A DNA stretch of 63,984 bases, counting the filler, from Saprolegnia diclina VS20 (taxonomy: Eukaryota), in NCBI RefSeq assembly GCF_000281045.1. It is 5 parts of 3 records of this genome, joined end to end, with 100 filler letters (N's around TTAATTAATTAA, not from the genome) between each part and the next. Parts side by side here need not be neighbours in the genome. Positions count along the whole stretch, not along the records: positions 1 to 26,010 come from NW_008246089.1; 4 more parts are not named here. One strand, written 5' to 3'. Each line of letters begins with the position of its first letter. Positions within the stretch are counted from its first letter, which is position 1. Made by a program: the position numbers and the translations under genes. Below, piece by piece: positions 13,188 to 26,010 of the stretch. A model generated the notes under the pieces. That model worked only from the letters and a program-made list of their open reading frames with translations. It was not told the origin of the DNA and did no database searches.

Positions 13188-14972
13188 TTAGTAGTCGGGC
13201 GTCGCGCACGAGTCGCGGCGCCACGGACGCTTCTTGAACACGACGTCTTCCATGAAATCCCGGGTCGTGAGCGCCGGGGTGCCCTTGGGTCGGGACGGGT
13301 TTAGGATCGAGTGCGGCGTCGCGCGGAGAAAGTACGGCATCGACATGCGCCGTTCGAGCTCGTCGTCGACAACCGTGGCCGGCACGCGGTGCAGCGGCGC
13401 CGAGATGAGACCGTTGGTGATGTACGCGAGAGTCTCCCCCGCAAAGACGGAGAAGTGAATCACTTCCGCATCTGCCTCGACGTCCGTCCAGAGCATGCGT
13501 TCCAGATTCCACATCTGGAGGCCGGGAATGGTCGCGCACGGCGAGACCGTGACCAGACCCAGATCGGCATGCTACAACGAGCAACACGGATATGACGTCC
13601 TAGGAAGTCAAAAGATGAAGACGCACCGAGCCACACGACATGTTGATGTCGAGGCGGTTCGGGTCTACGAACTCGCCCTTCTTGTTCTTGTAGTTGTAGA
13701 TGCGCAGGACGGACGCGCCATACCGACATGTGAGGTCGGTCGTCGTCACGTCCGCGTCCGAAGCGGGCGGCGGCGCGTCCGAGTCGAGGAGCTCGTGGAA
13801 CATCCAGTGTCGGTCAATGTTGAGGATGTTGCACACTGCCTCCATGCAGTCGCGGCCGATATTATCGAGGAGGTTGAGCAGCGAGAGCATTTGCGCGGCA
13901 AAGTCTTCCTGCTTGGCGTCGACAAAGTACGGTCGCGGCCAGACCGTGCCACTCGCGGCGAGCGGGCGGCGCATCTGGAGGTACTCGCGCGTCGTGTCGC
14001 CGTTGAAGCCCACGTACCGGCCCTTGGAGACAAGCGACGTTGGTTCGTCTCTGACAGGCTACAGCACCAAGGCGTCAAGACCACGCTAGTCGTGTCAATA
14101 GCAACCCACCTTGGACCAGCACATGAGCGACTGGAAGGGCGACCGCGGCTTCTCCATTTCGTCGCTCGGAATGTAGTCGGTGGCATCGACGCGCTCCGAC
14201 CAGCGCTGTTCTGGCGGCAGCACAAGCTAACGACCCGTTGTGCTATGTGGTTGGTCGACAGCGTTGGTGGTACCTGGTCGCGGAGCCATTGTCGGACAGC
14301 GCGGAAGGCTTCGACCGGAATGCCGGCTTGCTCGGGCGTCACCTCGATGCGGGCGAAACCAAAGGCGCGCATCTTGTCGACAAAGTCGAGCTGCGCGTGC
14401 TGCTGCTCGACCGAGTTGTCGCGACGGCTTAGTGCGAGGCCATTGATCGGGAAGAAGGGTGACGATTGCTCGGTCGCCGGCGGGATCGGCTGCGAGAGCG
14501 ACACGAGCGGGCGCACGACGAGCGCGTAATCCAAGATCGGCATCTCTTGCCCGTCCTGAAGCTCTTCCAGCATGCGGTGCGCGACCGTGTTGAGGAGCAC
14601 GAGCGGCAAGGGCGGCGAGTACGCTTCCAGCGCCGGCACGATCGCAAACACGCTGTTGCCTTCCGGAATGGCAAACTTGTCGCGGAGCCAAAGCTCGAGG
14701 TGGACGCACTGCGTGCCCTTTGCCGGGTCCACGGGCGCGATCGTCAATGGCAGCTTCAAGAGCGCGTCAATCATCATCCTGTTGTGGAAGAAGCGGATGT
14801 GCAGCGGCGCCGACTTTTCGAGGAGGGTCAGCGCCGCCTGCTCGGCGGTCGACGTCTCGGCTTGGAGGCCCGCGACCGGTGGGCTCGCCGCCGGTGCGCC
14901 CGTCGGTGCGTCATGGGGCGCCGTCGAGGCGTCTTCCGGCGTCGTCGCGGTCGGCGCGTCCGTCGTTGTCAT
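13188..14972 (-). CDS. 2-oxoglutarate/Fe(II)-dependent oxygenase (isopenicillin N synthase-like fold), multi-exon, with N-terminal extension
   Basis: AFGFARIE, SVLRIYNY, D-LGLVTVSP, VFAGETLAYITNGLISAPLHRV and RMSMPYFLRA match the conserved 2OG-Fe(II) C-terminal motifs. Confidence 0.85.
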
Positions 14973-15166
14973 TCGGAGCAAGCTGCTGACAGTGCAATGT
15001 CGGTCGCTATTAATATCGCAAACCGGGCATCGAATGTATTTTATTATTCACGCTACACTTGGGAATACTATTCGTAATTGAGTGCTGGTATTGTATTACC
15101 TTGAAGTACCGCGTTCTTGCCGCATTTTTTTGGCCAAGTAGATGTGGGTACCTTCCTCCAACTCGT

Positions 15167-15238
15167 CCTCTGCAAGCCGACAAGGACCTCTGAAGCCGAC
15201 AAGGACCTCTGAAGCCGACAAGGCCCTCTGAAGCCGAC
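15167..15238. repeat. 19-bp minisatellite (about 3.7 copies)
   Basis: CCTCTGAAGCCGACAAGGA repeated head to tail in the intergenic region. Confidence 0.9.
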
Positions 15239-15364
15239 GAGATGCAGCCGCGAGGTGCATGATCGCGAAGCTTCCAGGAGGCCACCGCGACGACAAGCCT
15301 CCGCTTGCAATTTTTCCTCGGCTCATGATGATGGACCAAGAGATGATGCGACGAACGCGAGTGA

Positions 15365-16490
15365 TTACTTGAGGAAGACAACGACGGCAGAGATGTTGTC
15401 GCAGCTACCTTGCTCGAGCGCAGCGTCGACGAGGAACTTGGCGGCTTGCGGTCGGTTGAGCGGCTCGAGCGACAACACAATGTTGACAGCCTCCTGGTCG
15501 TCGAGCTCGTCCCAGACGCCGTCGCACGCCAAAATGATAAACTCAACGTCCTCGTCTAGCCTACATAGCACCATCGTCGACTCATTGGGAAGAGCATTTG
15601 TTGTTGGTACGGTGTGCGAGAGATGAAGGGCTGCGCAGTGACCCACGGCTTGAGGCTCCTATCCCCAAAGCTCCTAGCCTGCATGAGCATTCGACGACGC
15701 AAGGTCGAGCGGTACCGCGTGACGGCGAGGACACCAGCGACACGATGTTGCATGACAAAGCCACCGGCTTGCGCGATGCGCGCCGCCTCATCGGGGTTCT
15801 CGGCCTTGTGGTCCTGCAAGTGGGTCGGGATACGAAGGGTACGGAAGACGCGCGTACCTGGCTGAGTCGCGTCGCGCGGCCGCTCTTGCACAGGACCGTC
15901 CGACTGCAGCATGAGGTATGAGTTACGAGGTATGGATCAAGAGTCGCGAGCAACCTGTCGCCGGCGTTGGCGGCGTACACGACGCGCATCGGCCCTTCCT
16001 GCACAATCACGGCGACAGCGGCTGTGGACCCTGCGTTCTCCGAGAAGTCTTCGAGGCAGCAGTCCATATCGGAGAGGATGAAGGCCCTAATGGCACGCGG
16101 CGTCATGGAGGCGGCGTACGTGGTAAGGACGTACCGTTCAAGGAGCTCGTCCATGGTCGCGCCGTCCTTTCTTGCGGCCTCAGCCTCAAGCGTCTTGTGC
16201 AATCGATCTTGCAAGAAGGCTGAGACGCCTCGACCTACGTGCAGGCTCAGCTTCTACGATGTCACGTGGAATCGCCGACCGCCATGGCCATCGAAGACCG
16301 CAAAGAAGCCGTTCTGGGGCGTGTGGAGGAAGCCGTCGACGACGCGGATCGCGTCTTCCATGGTCTTGCGCTTGCTAGGGTTCTGAATGCGCGCATGAGC
16401 ATCATCGACCATCGCCTCGTCGCCTCGTACCATCTCCTCATGGAAGCTCAGCAAGCGGCAGCTCCCGAGCGATGCGACCGGCGCTGCCAT
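15365..16490 (-). CDS. Protein phosphatase 2C (PPM family), multi-exon
   Basis: [76 protein letters not shown]. Confidence 0.93.
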
Positions 16491-16860
16491 GCGGATACCA
16501 ACGTGAATAGTGTTGTGCGATACCTGTTTTAGTGTGATTTTATAAGTTTCGGCATATGCCTCTAAGGGCATTGCACTTACACCTCTCGCCAACAGCACTC
16601 GTCGACATCGCACTCCGACAAACACTTGAACCTGTGGATTTGCTACTGGTTCAGAGCTCAAGCAGATCCATTCTGCAGAGTGTGGTCAAAGCACCAACGC
16701 TCTTGGGAACATTGTGGCCTTCGACGCGCGAAGGACGCCGAATTTAACACGTTGAACATGGCAGAAGGTCAGCAGCCAATCCAAACCCGCGATTACTTGG
16801 GTCAAAGTGGTTCTCACCACGCACTGTGATTGGCTGCTAAAAAGACCGTCCTGCAAATGG

Positions 16861-16876
16861 TCATTTCCAAATTTGC
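16861..16876 (+). promoter_or_regulatory. Oomycete INR+FPR core promoter of the MDR gene
   Basis: TCATTTCCAAATTTGC starting 33 nt upstream of ATG 16894 matches the oomycete TCATTYYNNAWTTNC element. Confidence 0.6.
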
Positions 16877-16893
16877 GATCTTTCACCCACAGC

Positions 16894-17916
16894 ATGACTG
16901 CTCCTCCGACTACGATGCGCGCACTTGTCTACAGCGCATACGGCGCCGCCTCGTCGGTCCTCAGCCTCAAGGAGATCGCGGTGCCATCGCTCCAGCCTGG
17001 CCACGTCCTCGTCAAAATCGGTGCCTTTGGGCTCAACGCGGCCGACAAGATCCTCCTCGCCGGTACGCCATTCCCCGTGCGCTTAGCTCTCGGTGGCCTC
17101 TTCCGCCCCCGCGCCGACTCGGTGCTTGGCGCCGATTTTGCTGGCACGATCGAAGCGCTCGGCGATGGCGTCACCACGTACAAGGTTGGCGACGAAGTGT
17201 ACGGCGAGGTCAACTTCACGACAGGCGCCGGCGCGTTCGCCGAGTACGTGTGTGTCCCCGCCGACAGCGCGATGGCCCTCAAGCCCAAGCGTCTCTCGTT
17301 CGCCCAAGCCGCGGCCATGCCGATCTCGGGCCAAACAGCGTTTCTTGGACTTCGCGATGGGCTCCAGCTCCAGGCCGGCCAGCGTATCCTCATCAACGGT
17401 GCGTCCGGTGGCGTCGGCACCTTTGCCGTGCAGATCGCAAAGGCGCTGGGAGGTCATGTGACGGCGGTGTGCAGCACGGGCAACGTAGCCATGGTGCGCG
17501 AGCTCGGTGCGGATGACGTCATCGACTACACCACCGACGACTTTGTCACGAAATCGACAACGCTCTACGACGCAATCTTTGACGTCATGGGCAACCGCTC
17601 GATGCGCGACTTTCGGCGCCTCTTGGTGCCCCGCGGTACGTACTTGTCCGTGGGCGGGGACCCCGCAACATTCTTCTCGCGCACGATGTGCCTTCTCGCG
17701 TCCAAAGCGATTGCGTCGCAGTCGCTGCGGCTTTGCTTCTCGGCACCGTCCCATGCGCTGCTGACGGACCTCGCGCAACTCGTTGACCAAGGACTCGTGA
17801 CGCCCTACATTGAAAAGGAGTACGACCTGTCCGACGGCGTCGCGGCCATTGTCGAAGCCCACGAGAAGCACGCCAAAGGCAAGCGCGTCGTCAAGATCAC
17901 ACCAGTGTCCACATAA
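16894..17916 (+). CDS. NAD(P)-dependent MDR-superfamily oxidoreductase (zinc-independent quinone-oxidoreductase/ADH type), intronless
   Basis: MRALVYSAYG, GLNAAD, LGADFAGTI, GAFAEYV, ILINGASGGVGTFAVQIAKA, LGADDVIDYT, HAKGKRVV. Confidence 0.92.
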   Translation: MTAPPTTMRALVYSAYGAASSVLSLKEIAVPSLQPGHVLVKIGAFGLNAADKILLAGTPFPVRLALGGLFRPRADSVLGADFAGTIEALGDGVTTYKVGDEVYGEVNFTTGAGAFAEYVCVPADSAMALKPKRLSFAQAAAMPISGQTAFLGLRDGLQLQAGQRILINGASGGVGTFAVQIAKALGGHVTAVCSTGNVAMVRELGADDVIDYTTDDFVTKSTTLYDAIFDVMGNRSMRDFRRLLVPRGTYLSVGGDPATFFSRTMCLLASKAIASQSLRLCFSAPSHALLTDLAQLVDQGLVTPYIEKEYDLSDGVAAIVEAHEKHAKGKRVVKITPVST

Positions 17917-18742
17917 GCGCTTAACATAAAATGCATTATTTGGATATTCCTTGAGAGTCGCCGTGCAGTCGTGAGTGAGTACAGCGAATGTCGGAAATTG
18001 AAACTAACAAAATATGTGTCGTTGCTTGGAGGATCAACCGATACTGAGCAGATGCATCAACAAGTTTTGTCACTCAATGCAATTCGAGACCACCACACCG
18101 TACCCGAATCTGTACGGTCCTCGGTTTGGCCGGCAATTTCGAAATTTTAAACTGCGATTCCTCAAGCTCTACGCCACCAACGGCGACGCAACACGGCATT
18201 TCGTACTCACAAAAGCACTCTCTATCCACCTGCAACGTACGAACGATTTCATTTTCAACCTTGATTTGGCGTCGGCGCTGCGTCAAATCTCCGATTGCAA
18301 TCTGGTGGTGACGCATCTCGCCATGGATTGGTCAATATACACATATTTTTGGCCAATACAAGCGACGAATGCCCTTCGCCTGCCCCCACGACTGGGAACG
18401 ATGACCTGAACACGAAGGAAGTACACGAAGACCAAGGGATATCAATACTCCCCTGCGTAGACTATGCAATGGCAGTATAGGATAACAGTGAGCACACATG
18501 CTCTGGTGTGGACGGCTGGTCGGATTCGGTCCATCTGTGTTGACGTCTTAGGGTTAGCGTCGGACTCTTGCCTTCCGCCAGAGCAATTTGCCTTGGTTGC
18601 ATCCAATGACTCTGGAGACTCGTACTTGTCGCTCGTAACGCCGAGTGTGCTGCCTCACACAACTACGCTATGCTCCATCCCGCAGAAGCACTACACCACA
18701 GGACAGAAATGCAAAGGGTAGTATCAAGTTGATACAATGCGG

Positions 18743-20541
18743 TTAGGGATGCGAGGTCGCAAGGAGCACGGCAGCCATGTCGCGTTTCCGCTGGTAGTCG
18801 CTGTTGTGGTTGGCGTTTTTGCCTGCGTAGAAGCTGATGAGCTTCGTCTTCTCTTCGACGTACAGTGCGAGGTACGACCGGAGGTCGGCGCTGAACGTCA
18901 CCGACACCTCGAGCGATCCCTTGCGCTCGCCGCTCGAGAAGAGATCCACCGTCGCCGTGCGTGGCGCGTCGAGGCTCGGCGTCTCGGTCGCGTCGTCGTC
19001 GTCGACGCTGAGCAGATCCTCCAATCGCATCGATGCCTTGCCGACCTTGGAGTCCGAGAACATGCCCTTGGCCATGAGCGTAAAGTCGAGCATCGATTCG
19101 AGCGGCTTGACGTCGCTGAACGTCAGCGGCGTCGGCCAGCAGTACACGCCGCCCTCGCTCTTGACCGGCGTCGTGTCGAGCGCAGTCCGGCTCGCATCGT
19201 CGAGGGCCACCGTGCAGTACAAGGTCGACGAGGTCGACGAGAGCCCGGACGCTTTCGAGAGCGTCAGGTCGATGGCGACGACGGGGCGCGCCGTGCTCAC
19301 GGGCGTCACGTTGGCCTCCTTCTCGGCCATCTCTTGGAGCTGCTCCTCGAGGCGGCGCACGGCTTCGGACGCGGTCGGGCGCTTGGCCGGCGCAAACGAG
19401 ATGCACGACAGGGCAAAAATCATAAAGGCCGGGGGTGCTTCGCCAAACGGCGCCGTGAGCGTCAAGTAGCCGTCGACCGTGCTCTTGAGACGCTCTTTGA
19501 GGAGGTCGTCGTCGATCGGGTAGTTGCGCTGCGTCGTGAGGTACGTGAACGGCAAATCGCGCGTGATGAGCGAGATCAAAATGAGGCCAAGCGAAAAGAT
19601 GTCGCTCTTGTCCGTGTACGTGCCGTGAAGCGTCTCGGGCGCGCCCCAGCGGTCGTCCGTGACGCCGTTGGCCGGGTGGCCCGCCGGGCGGTCGCGCGCG
19701 TTGAGACCGACAAAGACCTTGATGCGGCCATCGGAGGCGATGAAGACGCGCGACCAGTTGAGATCGCGGTGCAGCATCGCCTTGTTGTGCACTGCAACCA
19801 ACGCCGTCGCGATCTGGTGCGCAATGTCGAGCTTCTTGTGCCAAGAAAGCTCTTCGTTCTGCCGCACAAACGTCTGGAGGTCCGTGCCGGGAAAGTACTC
19901 GAGGAACGCAATTGGGTTGTCCGTCTCGAGGTCGCAGCCGCCGACGAGGCGCAGCAAATGGTCGTCCGCGCCATTGAGCCTACAGATGCATGGCTTGTCA
20001 CGCACGGTCTATGCAGCAGGACGTACGTTTGCATGATCGCGATCGACTGCTTGAAGCGCTGAATGTCGGCGGGCACACGGAGGTATTCATCGCGCAGCTG
20101 CACGCGGAGCACAAGCGTGCCGTCGGCGAGGTGGCCCGCGATGAGGTTCGTGAACGGAAAGGCCTGCGAGTCGAACCCGAGGTTGCCCTTCATGCGCACA
20201 AAGCTGCCGTCATCGACGTGGCGCACGTCGTTCAAGCGGCGCTCGAGGATCGTCGCTTCGAGCTCGCGCACCTTTTGTTCGAGCTGCGCGCGCTGCTCGG
20301 CGGCCTTGAGTGCGTTGGCCGTCGCGAGCTCGTCGGCCGCGTTCTTGTCGCTCTTGAGCAGCTCGAGCTCGGCCTTGACGCGCTCGAGCTCGGCCTTGTG
20401 CGTGCGAAGCGCCTCGAGGTCCACGTTGTGGGCATCCTTGAGTGTCGTGGCCTCTTTCTGGAGCGTACCGACCTGCTCCTTGAGCTCGGCGACCTCCTTC
20501 TCGAGTTCGGCGACGCGGGCGGAGCTGAAGATGTTGCCCAT
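18743..20541 (-). CDS. Coiled-coil + TKL-like pseudokinase + C2 domain protein, paralog 1
   Basis: Starts MGNIFSS (myristoylation-like); coiled coil; intron 19980-20026; HRDLNWSRVF, KVFVG in place of DFG, RWGAPETL, DIFSLG, RPTASE; C-terminal C2-like beta sandwich (IDLTLSKASGL..YCTV..KVGKASMRL). Confidence 0.85.
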
Positions 20542-21568
20542 GGAAATTTGGAATTGACGACTGCCAGACGCTTGCCACGATCGCCTGCAATTGGCTCGCA
20601 GTTGATACAGTGCAGGATTTGGGTGACTTAGGAGGCGTGTCGCAGTCGAAACTATCATCGCCGACGCTAATTTCACGCCACTTTCGGCTCGCGACCATCT
20701 CTTGTGCACACATTGTCGTAGAAAACACCACGATCTGGTTCTCAAACACATTGGTTCGAGTGGTCGGACCCATCGATCGATCCCGGCTGTGCCAGGCGCC
20801 GTCGTGCCTTCGAAAAGCGTGATAGAATGCCAAGCCCAGCGATCACTGCGCGAGGTCAAGTCGTCTTGCGGCGGAGCGGGGAGGCTCATCGAGCTGTTTG
20901 ACTCGTTCAACTAGAGGTATGATACATCTCGTGGCGCCGTGGGCCATGACGCTCCTTCCGCGAGCCAGCGCTGCGAGCCAGAGTTCACAATCGTGCACAC
21001 TCTGCACCCAACGGCGATTCGAATATCACTGCGCCGACTTCTGTCGCCGACGATGACGTGGCGAAAGCGTCTTCTCCGGCCAGTCGCTTCTCTTGAGCGC
21101 ACGACTGACCTTGCTGCAATTGCACGTCATCCAAGCGTCGAGGCGGGACCTCGCGAGTGCGAGCAAGTGGGTTCCGTCAACACGAGCCAGCACCACGATG
21201 CTCGAAACAGGCTTGTCGCGCGGTCGCAACGCAGCACCTTCGTTCGTGGCGCTGATGACCTTTGCATGAAGTTACCAAGCCAAGGGTCCGTGACCGCAGC
21301 TTTTTGCCGAGACTGCATGTAGCTACCACAGAAAGTTGATGGCCTTGCTACTGGAGAAGCTTGCAATGAAACCACTCCGAGGAATCGCGCCATCGAAAGA
21401 GTCGGCAAGTACTCGCCCCATACGATTTGCTCCATTTCGAGCGGACGCAACACCGCCACCGCGAGAGGCCCGTACATCGCGTCGCTGCGCATGCAGTATA
21501 AGACACTAGTGAACATCAGAACAATCGGCCGTCTCAATCTACACCTTCATCTAGATACCGAAATGATC

Positions 21569-23351
21569 TCAGGGCGATTGGACACCGAGCACGACGGCCG
21601 CGAGGTCGCGTCGCCGCACATAGTCGGCGCAGTAGTTGGTCTGCCGCGTCGCGTAGTAGCTAATGAGCTTGGACTTTTCCTCGACGTAGAGCGCGAGGTA
21701 CTTGCGAATCTCACTCGTAAACGAGACTTCAATTTCGAGCGACCCAAGGCGGTCGCCTTCCGAGAAGAGGTCGAGGCTGGTCAAGCGCGGCGCCTGGAGG
21801 CTCGTCGTCGTGCCGGCAAAGTGCAGGAGTTCCTCGAGCATGACCGAGGCCACACATGTGATCGAGTCGGCGCTGAAAAGGGTGCCCACTGACCAGAGCG
21901 TGAACTGCAATGTGCCTTCGAGCGGCTGGACGTTGGCGAACGACAGCGTCTGCTGCCACGTGCAAATGCCATTGGCGCACGAGGCGCGACCCGTCGGAAG
22001 TGGCTCGAACATCGCATCGGCGATACTGACGGTGCAGTACATCTTGGAGGTTGAAGCGAGCCCGGTCGCGCGCTTGACGACCACGTCGATGCCCACGACG
22101 GGGCGGACCGTCGTGACGTTTTTCGGTACGTTGGCTTCCGTCTCGTCGAGCTCGTCGAGCTGCTCTTGGAGACGCCGTGCGACCTCGGACGCACTCGGAC
22201 GGCGGGTTGGGTCATACGCAATGCACGCGTGCACCAATGTCGTATACGCCGGTGACACGTCGCCAAACGGCTGCGTGAGCATCGGCGTCGCGTCGGCTTT
22301 GTTTTCGAGGCGGCGGCGCAGCATATCATCGTCGATCGGTTCGTCTTTGCGCGACTTTTTGATGTGCGAGAACGGGACGTCCTTGGTCACGAGCGTCATG
22401 ATGAGCAGCCCGAGCGAGAAGATGTCGATCTTGTCCGAGTACACCCCGGCCGCGTGGAGAGTCTCGGGCGCACCCCAGCGCTCGGCCGAGACGCCGTTGG
22501 TCACATTGCCCGTCGGTCGCTCGCGCGCTTTCAGGCCAACAAAGACCTTGACACGGCCATCGAGGGCGACGAAGACGCGCGACCAGTTGAGGTCGCGGTG
22601 CAGCATCGCCTTCTTGTGTACTGCGGCCAGCGCCGTCGCCACCTGCAAGGCAATTCGCAGCATCTCGCGCTCCGACAAATGAGGATGGTCCTGCAAATAC
22701 GACTCTAGGTCCGCGCCGGGAAAGTACTCGATGTATGCGATCGGGTTGTTCGTGTTGAGGTCGCAGCCGCCAATGAGCCGCAGCAAATGGTCGTCCGTCC
22801 CGTTGAGCCTACGAGAGGTTTGGAGCATGAGTACAATAAGAAATATAAGACGAGACGTACGCTTGCATGATGGCGATCGACTGCCGGAAGCGATCGACGC
22901 TGTCCGCGAGCTGCCGCGCTGCCTCGGTGAGCTGGACACGAAGCACGAGTGTACCGTCGGCGAGCCGCCCGGCGAGAAGCGACGTATTCGGGAACGCCTT
23001 GGTGTCAAAGCCGAGGTTGCCCTCGAAGGCCTGGAAGCCCACGTCGCTGATCTCGTGGATGTCTTCGAGGCGCCGCGTGAGAAGCGCAGCTTCGTGCTCG
23101 CGCACCGTCGCCTCAAGTTTTAGCCGGCGCTGCGACTCTTCGAGCGCCATGGCGGCAGCGTCTTTGGTCTCGGTCGTGTACTTGGCCGTCATGCGTTCGA
23201 TCTCGGCTTTGTGCGATTCTCGGAGCTTCTTCATCGCCCTTTCATGCTCGCGCTTGAGCTGCTCGACGATGGCCTTGTGGATCTGCAGTGGCATTGGCGT
23301 GTCCTCGTCCACCCTGGGATCGGGACCGGGAGTCCACCACGTGCTGAACAT
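21569..23351 (-). CDS. Coiled-coil + TKL-like pseudokinase + C2 domain protein, paralog 2
   Basis: ATG 23351 preceded by INR/FPR (TCATTTCTCAAATTGC); intron 22809-22860 at the same position as in paralog 1; HRDLNWSRVF, KVFVG, RWGAPETL, C2-like tail. Confidence 0.85.
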
Positions 23352-24132
23352 CGAAGTGCAATTTGAGAAATGATCGCTACGGCAAGGAGCGTTCAGAAGC
23401 AATTCAGTCGGACTGCACGGGGCTGTTGGACATCCCAGGATTCGACAAACATTCTGTCACTTGATACTTTTCCGGATCGAAACCACTTGATTGGACCGTT
23501 TCTTTGTGCTTGGGAGAGTGAGAGTTGATACTCTGAGTGCGAGTGTCAACACTCTACTCCTGGAAGCGAGCCATATGGACCTCGCTACAGCGCTTCTTGT
23601 GGGCTTGTAGTGCATGAGTAGATTGTAGCGCCATCGAATGCACTTGGTCCGAGCACAAGCCCAAGAGTCAAGTGGCCACTCTGTCCTCTCGCCTGCCCCA
23701 GCTGTCGGACACTGGTGATAGCTGAACTCGGTTTGCACAGGATTGTCGATAGTGGGCCAAGCCACCGGCACGACTGCCAATTATGTTGAACTTTTTTGCG
23801 CGCGCAAGGGATCCACGCCGCGGTTAGGATGTTCAACATGACTCGTTTGATAAATGAATGCAAACGAAAGTGGGGCTCTCTCTGAGCCCGCATCTACCTG
23901 GTGTTCAACCAAGAACGGTAGACGAAAAGAAGTCGACGAGGACGACCCCTTCTTGACTGAATGCAGAGCGAGGCCAAGGCCACTGCTGATAAGCGTACCG
24001 TGATTATGGTCAGCTGCCTCACCCAGAAGCGACTGAAGTGCTCTCCAAACGATCAACTTGGATCCCAACGTATCTATCAACAACGTACAGGAAAGCAAAC
24101 GAATCATTTGGCACTTTTCATTTTCCATCGTC

Positions 24133-25999
24133 ATGGGCGCCGCGCTGAGCAACGAAATTTTCCAAGACCCGACCCCACGCAGTGAGACCGAGATGCTTCG
24201 CGTCGAGAACGACTCCTTGCGAAACGAGATCGACGAGCTCAAGCGTGCGAATGCCGCCATGCATCGCGAGATGGAGAGCGTCGTGCGGGCGAACGAGACC
24301 AAGATCAACAACCTCACCAACGACTTTATTGCCGCGTCCGAAAATGCGCTGGCTGCGGATGCAGCCAGACGCGAACACGAGATGCGCCGCCAGCTCGAGC
24401 AGCAAAAAGAAGATCAGCTGCGTCGCAAGCAAGAGCAACTCGAAGCCAAGCGCGAAGCGGACCTGCTGGAGCAGCGCTTGAAGAGCGTCAAGGTCTATGA
24501 CGACGCCGGCTTTGTACAATTGGGTGGCAAGGACGCGCTCAAACGGGAGGCGTATCCTTTTGCGCTGCTGCGCGTCGGACTCCTCGCGGATGGCGAACAC
24601 GTGCTTCGTATCCAGCTCAAGGAAGGTTACCGCAAGCGCGAAGACTTGGAGCGTTTCCGCAAGTCGATCGCAATCATGCAAGCGTATGCGGTATATCTCC
24701 TCTGGGAACGAGGCATTGATAGCGTTTGTTTTGATTCGTAGGCTCAATGGCGGGGACGGTCGTATTCTGCAGCTCGTAGGCGCCTGCGATCTCTTCAGCG
24801 CCAACCCGATCGCGTACGTCGAGTACTTTGTCGGCTGCGACCTGCAGACATTCTTGAGTGACCCCGCCAAGAAGCTCACGATGCAGAACACTCTTGCGAT
24901 TGCGCTCGAGGTCGGCAAGGCGCTCGTCGATGTCCACAAGGTCGGCGTCATGCACCGCGATCTCTCGTGGAGAAACATCTACATTCCGCACCGCGGCGGC
25001 GTCAAGGTCTTTGTCGGTCTCAAGGCCAAGACGTCGACGACGGGATTCGACACCAACGGCGTCACAGAAGCGCGCTGGGGGGCCCCCGAGACACTTCAGG
25101 ACGGCAAGATCAAGTACACGGACGCGATCGACATCTTCTCGTTCGGCCTTGTCCTCATCTCGCTCCTCACGCGCGACCTTCCGTTCACCCACGTCTTGAG
25201 ACGACGCAATCCAATCGATGACGGTCACGTCACAGCGCTTTTGCGAAACCCAAAGACAGCCGAAGAGCTCCTCTCGGGCTACTTCGAGGACATGTCGGTG
25301 CCCAAAGCCTACGCGGAGCTCGTGCAAGACTGCATCAAGTGGGACGCCGCCCAGCGCCCGACGGCCCCCGAAGTGGTGCGGCGCCTCCTGGAGATGCAAA
25401 ACGAGCAAGACGTTCCTCGTCATCTCCAAGCGCTCGGCTCCGCGAACCTTCCAATCATCGGTCTCACGTTGGCGATCATCAAGGGCACCAACTTTGCCAT
25501 CAACACGAACATTTTCGATTTCCAAGGGTACAGCCAGATGCGCTTCGACGAGGTGGTGAAGACGCCGTGCGTGCCCGAGACCAACAGCGTTTTGCGCTGG
25601 GAATGGCTAACGACGCTCGAGAACGTCCAACCGCTCGCCAAGACCGTCGAGTTCGCCGTCCGCAAGGTCAACATCATGTGGGACACATATGTTGGCAAAG
25701 TCACACTTCGGCTCGACGACCTCTTGAAGCCGGATAAGCTCTCGTTCGAAGAGCGAACAAGCCTCGCTGCACCCCGCACAGTGGTCCTCAACGTGTACAA
25801 CCAAGCCAACATCATGGGCCAGCTTCACCTCCGAGCGGCGTTCACGGGTCCCATCGAAGAGTATCTCAGCATCATCCGCGACGATCGCGCGAAAGTCCTC
25901 CTTGCTCGCCAAGGTCGCCACGACTTCAAGAACGAAGGGCTGCAGCAGGATCACGACGTTGCAACCGCGGCGTTGGCAGCTGTCGCTAGTGCAGCCTAA
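24133..25999 (+). CDS. Coiled-coil + TKL-like pseudokinase + C2 domain protein, paralog 3
   Basis: Starts MGAALS (myristoylation-like); intron 24684-24741 at the same position; HRDLSWRNIY, KVFVG, RWGAPETL, DIFSFG, RPTAPE; C2-like tail (WDTYVGKVTLRL). Confidence 0.85.
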
Positions 26000-26010
26000 T
26001 GCAGGCCATG

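Noticed and set aside
15167..15238. 19-bp repeats as a CRISPR-like array
   Set aside because: Head-to-tail with no spacers, eukaryotic context and no cas genes; a minisatellite.
18014..18721. AT-richer ORFs between the MDR gene and pseudokinase 1
   Set aside because: Atypical codon usage and no recognisable motif; may be a decayed gene but cannot be supported.
18737..20062. Long antisense ORFs (also 3261-4310, 21702-22682, 39221-40465 and others)
   Set aside because: Shadow ORFs opposite real genes, caused by high GC3 codon bias.
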